A DNA stretch of 64,000 nucleotides from an uncultured delta proteobacterium (GCA_963816145.1 CAWFJP010000003.1:128001-192000); one strand, 5' to 3'. Shown: positions 46,628 through 57,798, counted from the first letter of the stretch. Translations and numbers: made by a program. Notes: generated by a model from the letters alone, not told the origin.

Positions 46628-47377
46628 ATGTTGCGGGTCGAAGGCTTAAATCATTACTACGGCGGCAGCCACACGTTGAACGACGTCTCGATTGAAGTCG
46701 GCGCCGGAACCTGCACGGCGGTGCTCGGCCGCAACGGCGTCGGTAAAAGCACCTTGCTCAAGTCGGTGATGGGAGTCGAGCGCGTGCGCTCGGGCCGGAT
46801 TGTCCTGGACGGCCAAGACATTACCCACGCCGCGCCCTACGCGCGCGCCCGCCTCGGGCTTGGCTACGTGCCCCAGGGCCGAGAAATTTTCCCCTGGCTC
46901 ACGGTGGAGGAAAACTTGCTCACTGGATTGGCCGGGCAAAAAGCCCGCGCTATCGATCCGGAAATTTTCGATATGTTTCCGGTGCTCAAAGATATGCTTC
47001 GGCGCCGCGGCGGCGATCTCTCGGGCGGACAGCAGCAACAATTGGCGATTGGCCGGGCGCTACTGACGAAACCCAAGTTGCTGATTCTTGACGAGCCCAC
47101 CGAGGGGATTCAGCCATCGATCATCCAGCAAATCCAGAAAGTGCTGCATCGGGTCAAAAGCGCAAAGCGGGAATCGCCGGATCTCGAAGCGATCAAAGCC
47201 GCGGTACGGCGCATCAAAGAGGAAGGCCGCATCGCCATTCTGTTAGTGGAGCAATATTTGGACTTCGCTCGGGAGATTTGTGACTACTATTGCGTGCTCG
47301 ACCGCGGCGCCATCATCATGGAAGGGGATCGCGAGCGCTTGCTTGGTGATGACGTGAAACGCTGGTTGAGCGTGTAA
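46628..47377 (+). CDS. urtE: Urea ABC ATPase
   Basis: GRNGVGKS; YVPQGREIF; LSGGQQQQ; LDEPTEGIQPSII. Confidence 0.95.
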   Translation: MLRVEGLNHYYGGSHTLNDVSIEVGAGTCTAVLGRNGVGKSTLLKSVMGVERVRSGRIVLDGQDITHAAPYARARLGLGYVPQGREIFPWLTVEENLLTGLAGQKARAIDPEIFDMFPVLKDMLRRRGGDLSGGQQQQLAIGRALLTKPKLLILDEPTEGIQPSIIQQIQKVLHRVKSAKRESPDLEAIKAAVRRIKEEGRIAILLVEQYLDFAREICDYYCVLDRGAIIMEGDRERLLGDDVKRWLSV

Positions 47378-47483
47378 GAGGCGCGGTAGGCAGTGACATT
47401 CCGACAAAGAAGTTTTGCCAAAGGGTTTTCCAACGAAGTTCTCGACGCTGTCGCTGGAAGCGGCAAGAGAGTCGCAGGCGGTT

Positions 47484-47957
47484 ATGGATGAACAGTTCGC
47501 CGAGGTCATGACAGGGTTTCCCATATTGCAGGGCTTCACTTCCCAGGGCGCTCAACGGTTGCTGGAGCGCGGTGAAGTCCGTGTATGTTCGATGGGTGAA
47601 GTTTTGTTCAAGGAAGGTGATCCGCCGGCATTCGTGGCGCTCGTGCTTGGCGGTAAAGTGCAGGTCTTTGTCGAACGCGAGGGTGGCGATATGATCCTTA
47701 CCGACGTCGGGCCGGGCACGATCCTCGGCGAATTGGCCGTGCTCTGCAATATCCCACGGGCGGCTTCAGTGCGGGCGAGCGAAGCCGCAACAGTGCTGCA
47801 ATGGAACGCCGCGGCTTTTCGCAATTTACTGTTGCGTTATCCTTTGTTGTCGGAGCGGATATTCAAGGAGGCCCTGCGCACTCTCGTTGAGAAAGAACGC
47901 GCGCTGATCGATTCTGTCGTTCGATTGGCCCACAGCAGTGACGAAGCAAGTGCATAG
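47484..47957 (+). CDS. Cyclic-nucleotide-binding domain protein
   Basis: LFKEGD..VLGGKVQV..GPGTILGELAVL..PRAASVRA. No HTH is evident. Confidence 0.85.
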   Translation: MDEQFAEVMTGFPILQGFTSQGAQRLLERGEVRVCSMGEVLFKEGDPPAFVALVLGGKVQVFVEREGGDMILTDVGPGTILGELAVLCNIPRAASVRASEAATVLQWNAAAFRNLLLRYPLLSERIFKEALRTLVEKERALIDSVVRLAHSSDEASA

Positions 47958-48118
47958 GCAATGACCTGCGCGGGGTACTTCCGGAATAACCCTCCGGTCC
48001 CGAACAAGTTCCCTGGCAGCAGTCAACAGTGAGCGGCCAATCACGCCGTAAAGTCCATCGTCGATGCTTTTTGAATATTGATCAAAATTACTCGGAAAGT
48101 CTGTTATTAGTATGACCG

Positions 48119-48961
48119 ATGCTCTCTATCGAATCGGCGCGATTACGATCATGGCGCGCGCATCTCGCGCTTGAGTTTGAGCGGCGCGCGGCACGCACGG
48201 TGCTGGCGGCGCGTCGTCACGAGGGTCCGCTAGTAGTTCAAAAGACGCTCTATCCGGAGGGCGATGGGGTCTGTCACGGCATCGTGGTGCATCCACCGGG
48301 GGGACTGGCCGGCGGCGATGATATCGGATTGAACGCACACCTGGACGTGGATGCCCATGCGCTGCTAACCACGCCCGGTGCCGGCAAGTGGTATCGTTCG
48401 GTGGGTCCGGCGGCGCGGCAATCGATTCAATTCGAAATAGGGCCGGGAGCCTGTCTGGAATGGCTGCCGCAGGAAAATATTGTTTTCAACGGCGCCCATG
48501 CCGAACTGCCCACGGTGGTGCGGCTAGCCAGCGATGGAAGTTATATCGGTTGGGAAATCAGTTGTTTGGGACGAAGCGGTTCGGGAGAAAACTTTGCAAC
48601 GGGTCGCTATCGGGCGCGCACTTTCATCGAACGCGACCACCGGGCGCTGTGGTTAGAAAATGCCTGCCTTGAAGGCGGCGGGGCGGCGCTGCAAGCGGCG
48701 GCCATGCTCGCGGGCCGTCCGGTGGTTGCCACCATGTTAGCGGTATCGGAGAAATTGGATTCTGCTGTGTTGGGTATGTGCCGAAGTGTCCAGCCCGTTA
48801 CCGGCGATGGCGCCGTGACATTGCTGCCCGGTATCATCGTCGGCCGCTATTTGGGCGGGTCGAGCGAGGCGGCGAAAAAATATTTTATCAAAATATGGCA
48901 TCTTGTGCGTCCGGTGGTGGCCGGGCGCGAGGCGGTGGAGCCGCGCATTTGGCAAACTTAA
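48119..48961 (+). CDS. ureD: Urease accessory protein UreD
   Basis: HEGPLVVQK; [10 protein letters not shown]; [11 protein letters not shown]; EWLPQE; PRIWQT. Confidence 0.95.
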   Translation: MLSIESARLRSWRAHLALEFERRAARTVLAARRHEGPLVVQKTLYPEGDGVCHGIVVHPPGGLAGGDDIGLNAHLDVDAHALLTTPGAGKWYRSVGPAARQSIQFEIGPGACLEWLPQENIVFNGAHAELPTVVRLASDGSYIGWEISCLGRSGSGENFATGRYRARTFIERDHRALWLENACLEGGGAALQAAAMLAGRPVVATMLAVSEKLDSAVLGMCRSVQPVTGDGAVTLLPGIIVGRYLGGSSEAAKKYFIKIWHLVRPVVAGREAVEPRIWQT

Positions 48962-48974
48962 GCGGAGCGAAAAA

Positions 48975-49277
48975 ATGGAATTGACTCCCAGAGAAAAAGA
49001 TAAGCTGCTGATATTCACTGCGGCGCTGCTTGCGGAGCGGCGTAAAGCGCGCGGTTTGAAGCTCAATTATCCCGAAGCCGTCGCGTTCATAAGCGCGGCG
49101 ATTATGGAAGGCGCCCGCGATGGCCGCAGCGTTGCCGACTTGATGGGCTGGGGCGCGACCTTGTTGACGCGCGAGGAGGTCATGGAAGGCGTGGCGGAAA
49201 TGATACCTGAGATCCAGGTCGAAGCGACGTTTCCGGATGGGACGAAGCTGGTGACCGTGCATCAGCCGATTGTCTAA
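48975..49277 (+). CDS. ureA: Urease gamma subunit
   Basis: [12 protein letters not shown]...LNYPE...[15 protein letters not shown]. Confidence 0.97.
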   Translation: MELTPREKDKLLIFTAALLAERRKARGLKLNYPEAVAFISAAIMEGARDGRSVADLMGWGATLLTREEVMEGVAEMIPEIQVEATFPDGTKLVTVHQPIV

Positions 49278-49288
49278 CAGGCAGAGGA

Positions 49289-49324
49289 GTTCCAATCGTT
49301 CAAGCCGTTCAATTCGTTCAAAAC
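49289..49324 (+). repeat. Four tandem 9-bp units (GTTC(A/C)ANNC)
   Basis: gttccaatc gttcaagcc gttcaattc gttcaaaac between ureA and ureB. Confidence 0.75.
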
Positions 49325-49337
49325 GTCAGGAGAGCTA

Positions 49338-49646
49338 ATGATTCCGGGTGAAATGAGAATTGCCGATGGCGAGATCGAACTGAATCTTGGGCGCAAGACT
49401 TTGACCCTCGAAGTCGTAAACAGCGGCGACCGGCCGATTCAGGTCGGTTCGCACTACCATTTTTTTGAAACTAACGAGGCGCTGAAATTCGAGCGCAAGA
49501 TCACCCATGGTTTCCGATTGAACATTGCGGCCGGAACGGCGGTACGCTTCGAGCCCGGACAGACCCGGACGGTGGAGCTTGTGGCGATTGCCGGGGCCAG
49601 AAAAATTTTCGGCTTCAACGGCAAAGTGATGGGAGCGGTGCGATGA
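49338..49646 (+). CDS. ureB: Urease beta subunit
   Basis: MIPGE; [15 protein letters not shown]; GTAVRFEPG. Confidence 0.97.
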   Translation: MIPGEMRIADGEIELNLGRKTLTLEVVNSGDRPIQVGSHYHFFETNEALKFERKITHGFRLNIAAGTAVRFEPGQTRTVELVAIAGARKIFGFNGKVMGAVR

Positions 49647-51340
49647 AAATTACTCGTCACGCTTACGCTGAGATGTTCGGGCCGACGGTGGGCGATCGCC
49701 TGCGTCTGGCCGACACCGAGTTGTGGGTCGAGGTCGAAAAAGATTTCACGATCTATGGCGAAGAAGTCAAATTCGGCGGCGGCAAAGTGATCCGCGACGG
49801 CATGGGTCAAAGCCAGTTGGGCTGGGCGAAGGTGGCCGATACGGTCATCACCAACGCGTTGATCATCGACCACTGGGGGATTGTCAAAGCCGATATCGGC
49901 ATCAAGAACGGGCGCATCTGGAAAATCGGCAAAGCCGGCAATCCCGACATTCAGCCCGGCGTCACCATTCCCATCGGCGCCGCCACCGAGATCATCGCCG
50001 GCGAGGGCAAGATCGTCACCGCCGGCGCCATCGATTCGCATATTCATTTTATCTGCCCGCAGCAGATCGACGACGCTTTGATGTCGGGCGTCACCACCAT
50101 GCTCGGCGGCGGCACCGGTCCGGCCACCGGCACCTATGCGACGACTTGCACGCCGGGTCCCTGGCATATCCAATCGATGATCGCCGCGGCCGAGGCGTTT
50201 CCGATGAATCTCGGTTTCTTCGGCAAGGGCAATGCGAGCTTGCCTCAGCCGCTCATCGAACAGGTCAAAGCCGGCGCCATCGGCTTGAAACTGCACGAAG
50301 ATTGGGGCACGACGCCGGCGGCAATCGATAATTGTCTGACGGTGGCGGACAAGCTCGACGTGCAAGTGGCGATTCACACCGACACTTTGAACGAATCGGG
50401 ATTCGTCGAGGCGACCATCAAGGCCTTTAAAGGCCGCACTATTCACACCTTTCACACCGAAGGCGCCGGCGGCGGTCATGCGCCGGATATCATAAAGGTC
50501 TGCGGCGAGCCCAACGTCTTGCCGTCGTCGACCAATCCGACGCGGCCCTACACGGTCAATACCATCGCCGAGCACCTCGATATGCTGATGGTCTGCCACC
50601 ATCTCGACCCGAGCATCGCCGAGGACATGGCCTTCGCCGAGTCCCGCATCCGCAAGGAAACCATCGCCGCCGAGGACATTCTCCACGATCTCGGAGCGTT
50701 TTCGATGATGTCGTCGGACTCCCAGGCGATGGGCCGGGTCGGCGAGGTGATCATTCGCACGTGGCAAACGGCGCATAAAATGAAAGTGCAGCGCGGTGCT
50801 TTAAAGGGCGACCCGGCGGCGAACGACAACCGGCGCGTCAAACGTTACATCGCCAAGTACACGATCAATCCTGCGATTACCCATGGCATGGCGCACCTAA
50901 TCGGCTCGGTCGAAGCAGGCAAGCTCGCCGATCTGGTGCTGTGGAAACCGGCATTTTTCGGCGTCAAGCCGGCGCTGATTCTCAAAAGCGGCATGATCGC
51001 GGCGGCGGCCATGGGCGATCCCAACGCGTCGATCCCGACGCCCCAGCCGGTGCATTACCGGCCGATGTTCGGCGCCTTCGGCAAGGGGCTAAATAGCTCG
51101 GTGATTTTTGTATCAAAAGCGGGGCTAAAAAATCCGGCGCTGCAAAGACTCAAATTGTCGAAGCCCTTGGTGGCGGTGAAAAATAGCCGACGGGTTAAAA
51201 AGCAAGACATGATTCACAATCACTATCAGCCCAAGATCGATGTCGACCCGGAGACCTACGAAGTTCGCGCCGACGGCGAACTGCTGGTCTGCGAGCCGGC
51301 GCAAGAGTTGCCGATGGCGCAACGTTACTTTCTATTCTGA
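49643..51340 (+). CDS. ureC: Urease alpha subunit
   Basis: [10 protein letters not shown]; GLKLHEDWG; HTDTLNESG; HTEGAGGGH; MVCHHL; SSDSQAMGR. Confidence 0.98.
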   Translation: MKITRHAYAEMFGPTVGDRLRLADTELWVEVEKDFTIYGEEVKFGGGKVIRDGMGQSQLGWAKVADTVITNALIIDHWGIVKADIGIKNGRIWKIGKAGNPDIQPGVTIPIGAATEIIAGEGKIVTAGAIDSHIHFICPQQIDDALMSGVTTMLGGGTGPATGTYATTCTPGPWHIQSMIAAAEAFPMNLGFFGKGNASLPQPLIEQVKAGAIGLKLHEDWGTTPAAIDNCLTVADKLDVQVAIHTDTLNESGFVEATIKAFKGRTIHTFHTEGAGGGHAPDIIKVCGEPNVLPSSTNPTRPYTVNTIAEHLDMLMVCHHLDPSIAEDMAFAESRIRKETIAAEDILHDLGAFSMMSSDSQAMGRVGEVIIRTWQTAHKMKVQRGALKGDPAANDNRRVKRYIAKYTINPAITHGMAHLIGSVEAGKLADLVLWKPAFFGVKPALILKSGMIAAAAMGDPNASIPTPQPVHYRPMFGAFGKGLNSSVIFVSKAGLKNPALQRLKLSKPLVAVKNSRRVKKQDMIHNHYQPKIDVDPETYEVRADGELLVCEPAQELPMAQRYFLF

Positions 51341-51846
51341 TGCGCGAAATCTGCGACAGAAGCGAGTCGAAAACCGGCGAGCCGATTGAAGAGCAACTTG
51401 AACTCTGTTTCGAGCTGCGCCAGAAACGCCAGTTTCGCTGCACGCTGCGATCTGGTAACGCAGCGATCGTCCGCTTGCCGCGCGGGCCGATATTGCGCGG
51501 CGGCGATGTGCTCCGGGCCACCGACGGCACGCGCGTCGAAATCATTGCCGCGCCGGAAAAACTTCTACAAATCGAGTCTAACGATAGGGACGGCCTGGCG
51601 CGTCTGGCATATCATCTGGGCAATCGCCATGTTGCGGTAGAAGTCGGCGATGGTTGTCTGCGCATCGCCGAGGATTCAGTGCTCGAAAATATGCTCGTTG
51701 GACTAGGTGCGAAGGTGCAGCGGTTGGTCGCCCCGTTTGAACCCGAGGCAGGCGCCTATGCAAGCGGCCATCGTCATGGCGAAGAGCCGAGCCAAGCCGG
51801 CCGCATTCATCAATACGCTCCAAAACCAGTTGCGAGCGATCAATGA
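51340..51846 (+). CDS. ureE: Urease accessory protein UreE
   Basis: [11 protein letters not shown]; AYHLGNRH; PFEPEAGAY. Confidence 0.95.
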   Translation: MREICDRSESKTGEPIEEQLELCFELRQKRQFRCTLRSGNAAIVRLPRGPILRGGDVLRATDGTRVEIIAAPEKLLQIESNDRDGLARLAYHLGNRHVAVEVGDGCLRIAEDSVLENMLVGLGAKVQRLVAPFEPEAGAYASGHRHGEEPSQAGRIHQYAPKPVASDQ

Positions 51847-52532
51847 GTATTGATAACGTTCGCGACCTAGTCCGCTTGCTGCAGCTCGCCAGTCCGGCGT
51901 TGCCGATCGGCGCCTTTAGCTACTCCCAAGGGCTCGAAGCTGCGGTCGAAGCCGGGATCGTTCATGATCGCAAATCAGCATGCGATTGGATCAACGATCT
52001 GCTTACCTATACGTTAGCTACCACCGAAGCGCCAGTTTTACTGCGCTTGATCGAAGCTTGGCGGGCACATGATTATGCTGCGGCAAATAGATGGAACGAT
52101 TTGTTTCTTGCCAGCCGCGAGACCGCCGAACTGCGCGCCGAGACTGCGCAAATGGGATTCTCCCTGGCGCGGCTGTTCAATGATTTGCCGGATATCGACC
52201 GAGACGCGCTCAGATCGATGAACGAGTTTAACCAAGTCAGCTTTCCGGCTGCTTTCGCTTGTGCCTGTGCGGCATGGCGGTTGGCGCCGGCGGAAGCGCT
52301 TTCAGCCTATCTCTGGTCTTGGGCGGAGAATCAGGTGACGGCGGCACTCAAGACCGTGCCCCTCGGACAAACCGACGGCCAACGGATGCTGTTCGCGATC
52401 GGCGGCCGTCTCCCGGCCATCGTTGAGCGGGCGGCGACACTCGGCGACGACGAAATCGGTAGCTTCGCGCCGCGCCTGGCGATCTTGTCGAGCCGCCACG
52501 AGACGCAATATTCGCGGCTGTTCCGGTCGTAA
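51843..52532 (+). CDS. ureF: Urease accessory protein UreF
   Basis: [20 protein letters not shown]; VPLGQTDGQ; [11 protein letters not shown]. Confidence 0.96.
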   Translation: MSIDNVRDLVRLLQLASPALPIGAFSYSQGLEAAVEAGIVHDRKSACDWINDLLTYTLATTEAPVLLRLIEAWRAHDYAAANRWNDLFLASRETAELRAETAQMGFSLARLFNDLPDIDRDALRSMNEFNQVSFPAAFACACAAWRLAPAEALSAYLWSWAENQVTAALKTVPLGQTDGQRMLFAIGGRLPAIVERAATLGDDEIGSFAPRLAILSSRHETQYSRLFRS

Positions 52533-52540
52533 GAAAATCT

Positions 52541-53155
52541 ATGGACACTTTACAACCTCTCTCGGTTGGCATCGGCGGTCCCGTCGGCTCGGGCAAAACC
52601 GCGCTTACCTTGGCGCTCTGCCGCGCCCTGCGCGATCGTTACAACCTCGCTGTGGTCACCAACGATATTTACACCGAGGAAGACGCTCAATTCCTGGTGC
52701 GCAACCAAGCGCTACCGCCCGAGCGCATCCTCGGCGTCGAAACCGGCGGCTGCCCGCACACCGCGATCCGCGAGGACGCGTCGATCAATCTCGAAGCGGT
52801 CGATCGGCTGTGCCGCCGCTTCCCTGATCTCGATTTAGTTTTTATCGAATCGGGCGGAGACAATCTGGCGGCAAGCTTCAGTCCAGAATTGGCCGATGTG
52901 ACGATCTATGTCATCGACGTCGCCGCCGGCGACAAGATTCCCCGCAAAGGCGGGCCGGGCATCGCCAAGAGCGATCTGTTGGTCATCAACAAAATCGATC
53001 TCGCGCCGCTGGTCGGCGCATCTCTCGAAGTGATGGAGCGAGACGCAAAAAAAATGCGTGGCAACAAGCCGTTAGTGTTTACCAATCTAAAAACCGGCGA
53101 GGGATTCAGCGGCGTGCTCATGTTCTTGGAAGGGCAGGGAGTGGCAAGGGGCTGA
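52541..53155 (+). CDS. ureG: Urease accessory GTPase UreG
   Basis: GGPVGSGKT; TGGCPH; ESGGDNL; NKIDL. Confidence 0.97.
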   Translation: MDTLQPLSVGIGGPVGSGKTALTLALCRALRDRYNLAVVTNDIYTEEDAQFLVRNQALPPERILGVETGGCPHTAIREDASINLEAVDRLCRRFPDLDLVFIESGGDNLAASFSPELADVTIYVIDVAAGDKIPRKGGPGIAKSDLLVINKIDLAPLVGASLEVMERDAKKMRGNKPLVFTNLKTGEGFSGVLMFLEGQGVARG

Positions 53156-53242
53156 CACGGATATATCAATTGTTCGCGAAAATCTGAGACGCGGGAATCC
53201 GCTGTTGGGGGCGTATGGCATGCGCCCTTCCCGTAGAATTTC

Positions 53243-53307
53243 CACCACCGAGATCACAGAGACCACTGAGGTTCTGAAAAACCTTGTCTCCGCGCCGTCT
53301 GCGGTGA
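53243..53307. repeat. Intergenic palindrome, CACCAC-type family
   Basis: caccaccgagatcacagagaccactgag...ctccgcgccgtctgcggtga between convergent genes. Confidence 0.65.
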
Positions 53308-53316
53308 ATCTTCCTG

Positions 53317-54270
53317 CTACTTGATTAACCCCGCCTTCTTGGCGATCTGTTCCACCACGCGGTGCTCCTCGCGGATATCGGCGATGAGTTTATCCGGCGC
53401 TTCGTAGTCGGCGACCATGCCGAGATTGCCCAAGCGCGCGGCGACGGCGGGATCCTTGATGACTTTCTCAAGAGCGACGATCAAAGTCTTCGACACTTCC
53501 GCCGGCACGCCGGCCGGCGCGAAAAACGCCGACCAGACGCCCAGGAGATTTTGTTTGTAGCCCAACTGGGCCAGGGTGGGGATCTGCGGGAATTCGGGCA
53601 TCTTGCTCGATGCGATAATGCCACGCATGGTGCCGGCCTTGAGATGTTCGGCGACGACCCCTTGAGCCGCGGCGGCGCCTTCGATGTGGCCGCCCAATGC
53701 CGCGGTCACCGCCGGGCCGGCGCCTTTGAACGGGATCATGGTCATATCGGCAGGGCTGATCGAGTTGACGATCTCAACGGTGAAATGGCCGACCGAACCG
53801 GGGCCCACGGTGCCAATGCGAATACCGCCGGGATTTTTCTTGCCGTATTCGATCATCTCGGCGAAGTTCTTGAACGGCGCATCTTTGTGCACCGCCAGGA
53901 TGATCGGCGTGCGCGCGGCCATGCCCAGCGGCGTGAGATCTTTGTAGGGATCGTAGGGCACGGCTTCCGGCGTGAGCACGCGGTTGAACACCATCGAGGC
54001 GTTGTTGGTGATCAGGATGGTATAGCCGTCTTTCGGCGCCTTCACGGCGCTATCGGTGCCGATAGTGCCGCCGGCGCCAGGCCGATTCACCGCCACCACC
54101 GGGACTTTGAGCAACTTGGACAGCCCTTCGCCGATGGTCCGGCCGGCGACATCGGTGGCATCGCCCGGGGCCAGCGGGACAATCAAGGTGATCGGCTGTT
54201 TGGGATAACCCTGTGCGTGTATGCCAACGGGCAATAGACATAAAAACAAGCTCCAGACGATACGTAGCAT
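53317..54270 (-). CDS. Tripartite tricarboxylate transporter substrate-binding protein (Bug/TctC)
   Basis: YPKQPITLIVPLAPGDATD; NRPGAGG; DGYTIL; IPFKGAGP; PQIPTLAQLGY. Confidence 0.93.
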   Translation of the reverse strand: MLRIVWSLFLCLLPVGIHAQGYPKQPITLIVPLAPGDATDVAGRTIGEGLSKLLKVPVVAVNRPGAGGTIGTDSAVKAPKDGYTILITNNASMVFNRVLTPEAVPYDPYKDLTPLGMAARTPIILAVHKDAPFKNFAEMIEYGKKNPGGIRIGTVGPGSVGHFTVEIVNSISPADMTMIPFKGAGPAVTAALGGHIEGAAAAQGVVAEHLKAGTMRGIIASSKMPEFPQIPTLAQLGYKQNLLGVWSAFFAPAGVPAEVSKTLIVALEKVIKDPAVAARLGNLGMVADYEAPDKLIADIREEHRVVEQIAKKAGLIK

Positions 54271-54282
54271 AGTTCCGATCCC

Positions 54283-55314
54283 CTATCGCGGCGGTTCGCC
54301 GCTCCAAACTTCTCTGAGAAAACCGCTCTTGTCCAAGTCGTCGGCAAATCGATTATCGATTATCTCGGCGGCTTTGCGGCGCACGTTGGTGCCCTGTTCG
54401 CGGGCGACCTCGATGACTCCACCGACGCTGCTTTCCGGTACCGTCAGGCGCCGATTAACCAGCAGCTTGGCATAGGCGTCGTAGGCCGATTGCAACGCAT
54501 CGCCATCGTTGAGCTTGAGGGCTTTGCCGACGGCAGCCTTGGCTTTGTCGGGATTTTTCTCAACGAACGCAATCGACTCAGCGAGGACAGCGGCCCACTT
54601 CTGCGCCCAGAGCGGACGGTCGCGCAAGGTCTTGGCGTTAGTGTGTAGCGAACTGTAGACCGCCGGCAAAGCGAGATCGTTCAGACGGTAGATCAAGTTG
54701 AAGCCGTCGCGGCGGCCACGCGCGTCGAGGGGCGGCGTGACCAAGGCCGCTTCAGCGAGGCCGGCGCGCATGGCGTTAAAAGGTTCCACCTGGCCGGTGC
54801 CGCCGACGGTAAGGATCTTCACCTCGTTTTCCGTCAGGCTGAATTTTTTGAGCAGCGCCCGCGCCAGCCGGAAGGTTAAATCCCCGGCCCGGGTCACCGC
54901 GATACTTTTTCCTTTCAGATCTTCGACACGCTTAATGTCTTTGCGCGCCAACATGACCCAAGGGAGTCCGACCAGTGGAGCGGCGATGAGCTTGGCATCG
55001 CTGCCGGAGGCCATGCCGGGAATCGTCGCATCGGCGGCGCAATAGAGAAATTGAATTTCGTCCGCGGCGAGAGCTGCCAAGGCAACGCCGCTGCCGCGGA
55101 TCGAAACGAACTCGACCTTCATGCCGTACTTGTCGAATAATCCGTTGTCGAGGGCGGCGTACAGATGAATAAATCCACCGGTGATTGCGCAAGTAGCGAC
55201 CCGCACCGTCACCGGCGCCTCTCCGGGCTTCGCCAAATAGGGATTGGCGTACGCGGCGGCGTGTGGCCAACAAAAATGAATCACGAGGATCACTGCGCCA
55301 GTCAGGCTTTTCAT
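54283..55314 (-). CDS. ABC substrate-binding protein, SsuA/THI5-like
   Basis: GLFDKYGM; DLKGKSIAVTRAG; DNRFADDLDKSGF. Confidence 0.88.
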   Translation of the reverse strand: MKSLTGAVILVIHFCWPHAAAYANPYLAKPGEAPVTVRVATCAITGGFIHLYAALDNGLFDKYGMKVEFVSIRGSGVALAALAADEIQFLYCAADATIPGMASGSDAKLIAAPLVGLPWVMLARKDIKRVEDLKGKSIAVTRAGDLTFRLARALLKKFSLTENEVKILTVGGTGQVEPFNAMRAGLAEAALVTPPLDARGRRDGFNLIYRLNDLALPAVYSSLHTNAKTLRDRPLWAQKWAAVLAESIAFVEKNPDKAKAAVGKALKLNDGDALQSAYDAYAKLLVNRRLTVPESSVGGVIEVAREQGTNVRRKAAEIIDNRFADDLDKSGFLREVWSGEPPR

Positions 55315-55451
55315 GAGACGATGACCGCTTCGAGACTTTGCGAATACATCCGCTTGCCGGTCAAAGTCAAGTTCGAATTCTTTTCTTGTATTCGGCCGGC
55401 TCGGCCCATGTACTATTACTCTTTCGATTCGCGAACGCGGGAGGATTGTCC

Positions 55452-56429
55452 ATGAAACGGATTGTCACGGCGCTCTTAATATTCTCATATAGTGCGATTG
55501 TGTTGAGCAGCGTTAGCCATGCGCAAAGCTTCAAAGTCGGCATGACCTCAAAAACGCTTTTCTACTTGCCGTTCTACGTCGGTCAAAAGCATGGATTTTA
55601 CTCCCAGGAGAATGTCAAAGTTGAGCTAGTACTGATTGGCCGCACTGATGTACAACTGCAGGCGCTGCTCAGCGGCGAGATCAATTTCGGCACCCTCAAT
55701 GCCGACAGCGTCATCGCCGTCGCTGAGAAAGGCGCCATACTCAAGGTCATCGCCGGCGTCGACAACGCCGCGCCATACTTTCTTATCGGCGCCAAGCACC
55801 TGAAAAAGGTCGAAGACTTAAAGGGAGCGCGGCTCGGGGTCGCGAGTTTGCGCGGCGGCGCGACCTCGATCCTGCTCGAATACCTCAAGAGCAAAGGGCT
55901 GTTCTTTCCGCGGGATTTTATCTTGACGGTGATCTCCGGCGGCACCGTGAGTCGACTGACCGCGTTGGAAACCGGCGCCATCGCCGGAGCGGTATTGGGG
56001 TTTCCCTATTCGGACATCGCCGCCGATCAGGGATTCTCGCGCTTGGGCGACACCATGGAGGTGATTTCCACCTATCAATTCAACGGCCTTACGGTGAATC
56101 CCGCCTGGGCGGAGAAAAATCGCGCCGGCGTGGTTCGCTTCTTGAAAGCGCATATCCGCTCGCTGCGTTGGATTCACGAGCATCCGGACCAAGCGGCCGA
56201 TCTATTCACCGCCGAGATGGGCATCAAGCCGCCTTATGCGCGGCGCGGCGTCGATTATTTTACCAAGAACAAGGTGTTTCCCATCGATGGCTCGGTGACC
56301 GTTGAAGGACTGAAAGCCAATATCGACATCCAATTCAAAGACGGCGTGCTCAAGGAACCGTTACCGACGCCAGAACGGTACGCGGACCAGAGCTATGTGC
56401 GCCAAGCACAGAAAGAGTTGGGGTTGTAG
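55452..56429 (+). CDS. ABC substrate-binding protein, SsuA/THI5-like
   Basis: GGAGG RBS; signal peptide; DLKGARLGVAS; RLTALETGAI. Confidence 0.88.
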   Translation: MKRIVTALLIFSYSAIVLSSVSHAQSFKVGMTSKTLFYLPFYVGQKHGFYSQENVKVELVLIGRTDVQLQALLSGEINFGTLNADSVIAVAEKGAILKVIAGVDNAAPYFLIGAKHLKKVEDLKGARLGVASLRGGATSILLEYLKSKGLFFPRDFILTVISGGTVSRLTALETGAIAGAVLGFPYSDIAADQGFSRLGDTMEVISTYQFNGLTVNPAWAEKNRAGVVRFLKAHIRSLRWIHEHPDQAADLFTAEMGIKPPYARRGVDYFTKNKVFPIDGSVTVEGLKANIDIQFKDGVLKEPLPTPERYADQSYVRQAQKELGL

Positions 56430-56485
56430 ATTGGAACGTTCGTTGAATGCGCTATTATGGAGCCGCCCGTCAGCAAAACGGTTAC

Positions 56486-56560
56486 CACCACAGAGCGCAC
56501 AGAGACCACAGAGGTTTTAGCAAAAAACTTCTCTAATGAACTCTGTGGGCTCTGTGGTGA
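56486..56560. repeat. Intergenic palindrome, CACCAC-type family
   Basis: caccacagagcgcacagagaccacagag...ctctgtgggctctgtggtga. Confidence 0.8.
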
Positions 56561-56755
56561 GTTATCTTTGGTCTCTCAAGATGAGATCTCTCACATTCGT
56601 TGGTATGACAGGTTATGTGGAAATTTTTGCTAATCTTCGAAGCTGGTCGAAATCGTCCTGAAGCGTTACCCAATTAGGTTTGACGGCGCAAGGTGGTTTT
56701 GTTATCCGAGAAGTATGCTTTATAGTCACTGGCAAATCAGGAGTCATTCATCATC

Positions 56756-57769
56756 ATGTCCAGACGAGTTTTTTCGGCGCTGCTGATCTTTTCAATGGCA
56801 TTGTTATTCTCGGTCGAATTGCCGGCGCAAAGCCGCCCTAAGATCGTCATCGGCCATGCTTCCATGAGCTCGGTGGTTCTGACTCTATGGGCGGCGCAGG
56901 ACAAAGGCTTTTTTGCCAAGAACGGTATCGACGCCCAAATGGTTTTCATCCCAGGTTCGCCGACCTTGATCGCCTCGCTCAATACCGGCGATGTTCATTT
57001 TGGTTTCACCGGAGGGACGGCGACCTTGGGCGCGGCGGTGGCTGGACTCGATGTTAGAGTGATCGCCGCCTTCGCCGACCGCGTGCAGAGTGAACTGGTG
57101 ACCCGGCCAGAGATCAAGACCGCCGCCGATCTCAAGGGTAAGCGCATCGGTGTCACCAGCATCGGCGGCACCGGCTGGATGTCGGCGCTCTTGATCCTCG
57201 AACAGATCGGCATCAATGTCGAGCGCGATAAAATGCAGCTCACCGCCTTCGGCGACCAGCGGGTTATCAGCAACGCCCTCGAAAGCGGCACGATCCAAGG
57301 GGCGGCGCTGGCGGGTATTTTTAGTAAAACACTAGCCAGAAAAGGCTACTGGATTCCCGGCGAGCCGGACAAGATTCCACTCACAGGAACGGGATTGGTA
57401 CTCAAGGCCGATTATCTTCAGAATCACGCGGCCATCGCTAGAAATGTCATGCGCAGCTTGGTCGAAGGCCACGCCTACGTATTGAATCCCGCCAATAAGA
57501 GCAGCTCGATGGAGATTCTGTCCAAACGGCTCGGCATAAAAGATCAGAGCGCTGCCGCAGACGGCTATGAAGATTACGTCAACGGTGTCGTGCGCAAGCC
57601 TTACGTCGGCCTCGACGGATTGAAAAACATTCAACGTTTCATGAAGCTGCGCAATCCCAAGATCGCTGAGCTCAATCTCGAAAAATTGATCGACGAGAGT
57701 ATCATGCGCGAGTTTGAGAAAAGCGGTTTCCTCGATCAGCAATTCGGCGTAAAGTCTGGAGTCAAATAA
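56756..57769 (+). CDS. ABC substrate-binding protein, SsuA/THI5-like
   Basis: DKGFFAKNGID; DLKGKRIGVTSIGG; EKSGFLD. Confidence 0.9.
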   Translation: MSRRVFSALLIFSMALLFSVELPAQSRPKIVIGHASMSSVVLTLWAAQDKGFFAKNGIDAQMVFIPGSPTLIASLNTGDVHFGFTGGTATLGAAVAGLDVRVIAAFADRVQSELVTRPEIKTAADLKGKRIGVTSIGGTGWMSALLILEQIGINVERDKMQLTAFGDQRVISNALESGTIQGAALAGIFSKTLARKGYWIPGEPDKIPLTGTGLVLKADYLQNHAAIARNVMRSLVEGHAYVLNPANKSSSMEILSKRLGIKDQSAAADGYEDYVNGVVRKPYVGLDGLKNIQRFMKLRNPKIAELNLEKLIDESIMREFEKSGFLDQQFGVKSGVK

Positions 57770-57798
57770 TCAGCGAAAGGTTATACGAGGAGGAATTT

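Noticed and set aside
49289-49324. CRISPR array
   Set aside because: Units are 9 bp with no spacers, and there are no cas genes in the window.
49454-50776. 440-aa minus-strand ORF
   Set aside because: Antisense shadow of ureC caused by GC-rich codon bias; no recognisable motifs.
53362-54237. 291-aa plus-strand ORF
   Set aside because: Antisense shadow of the Bug/TctC gene.
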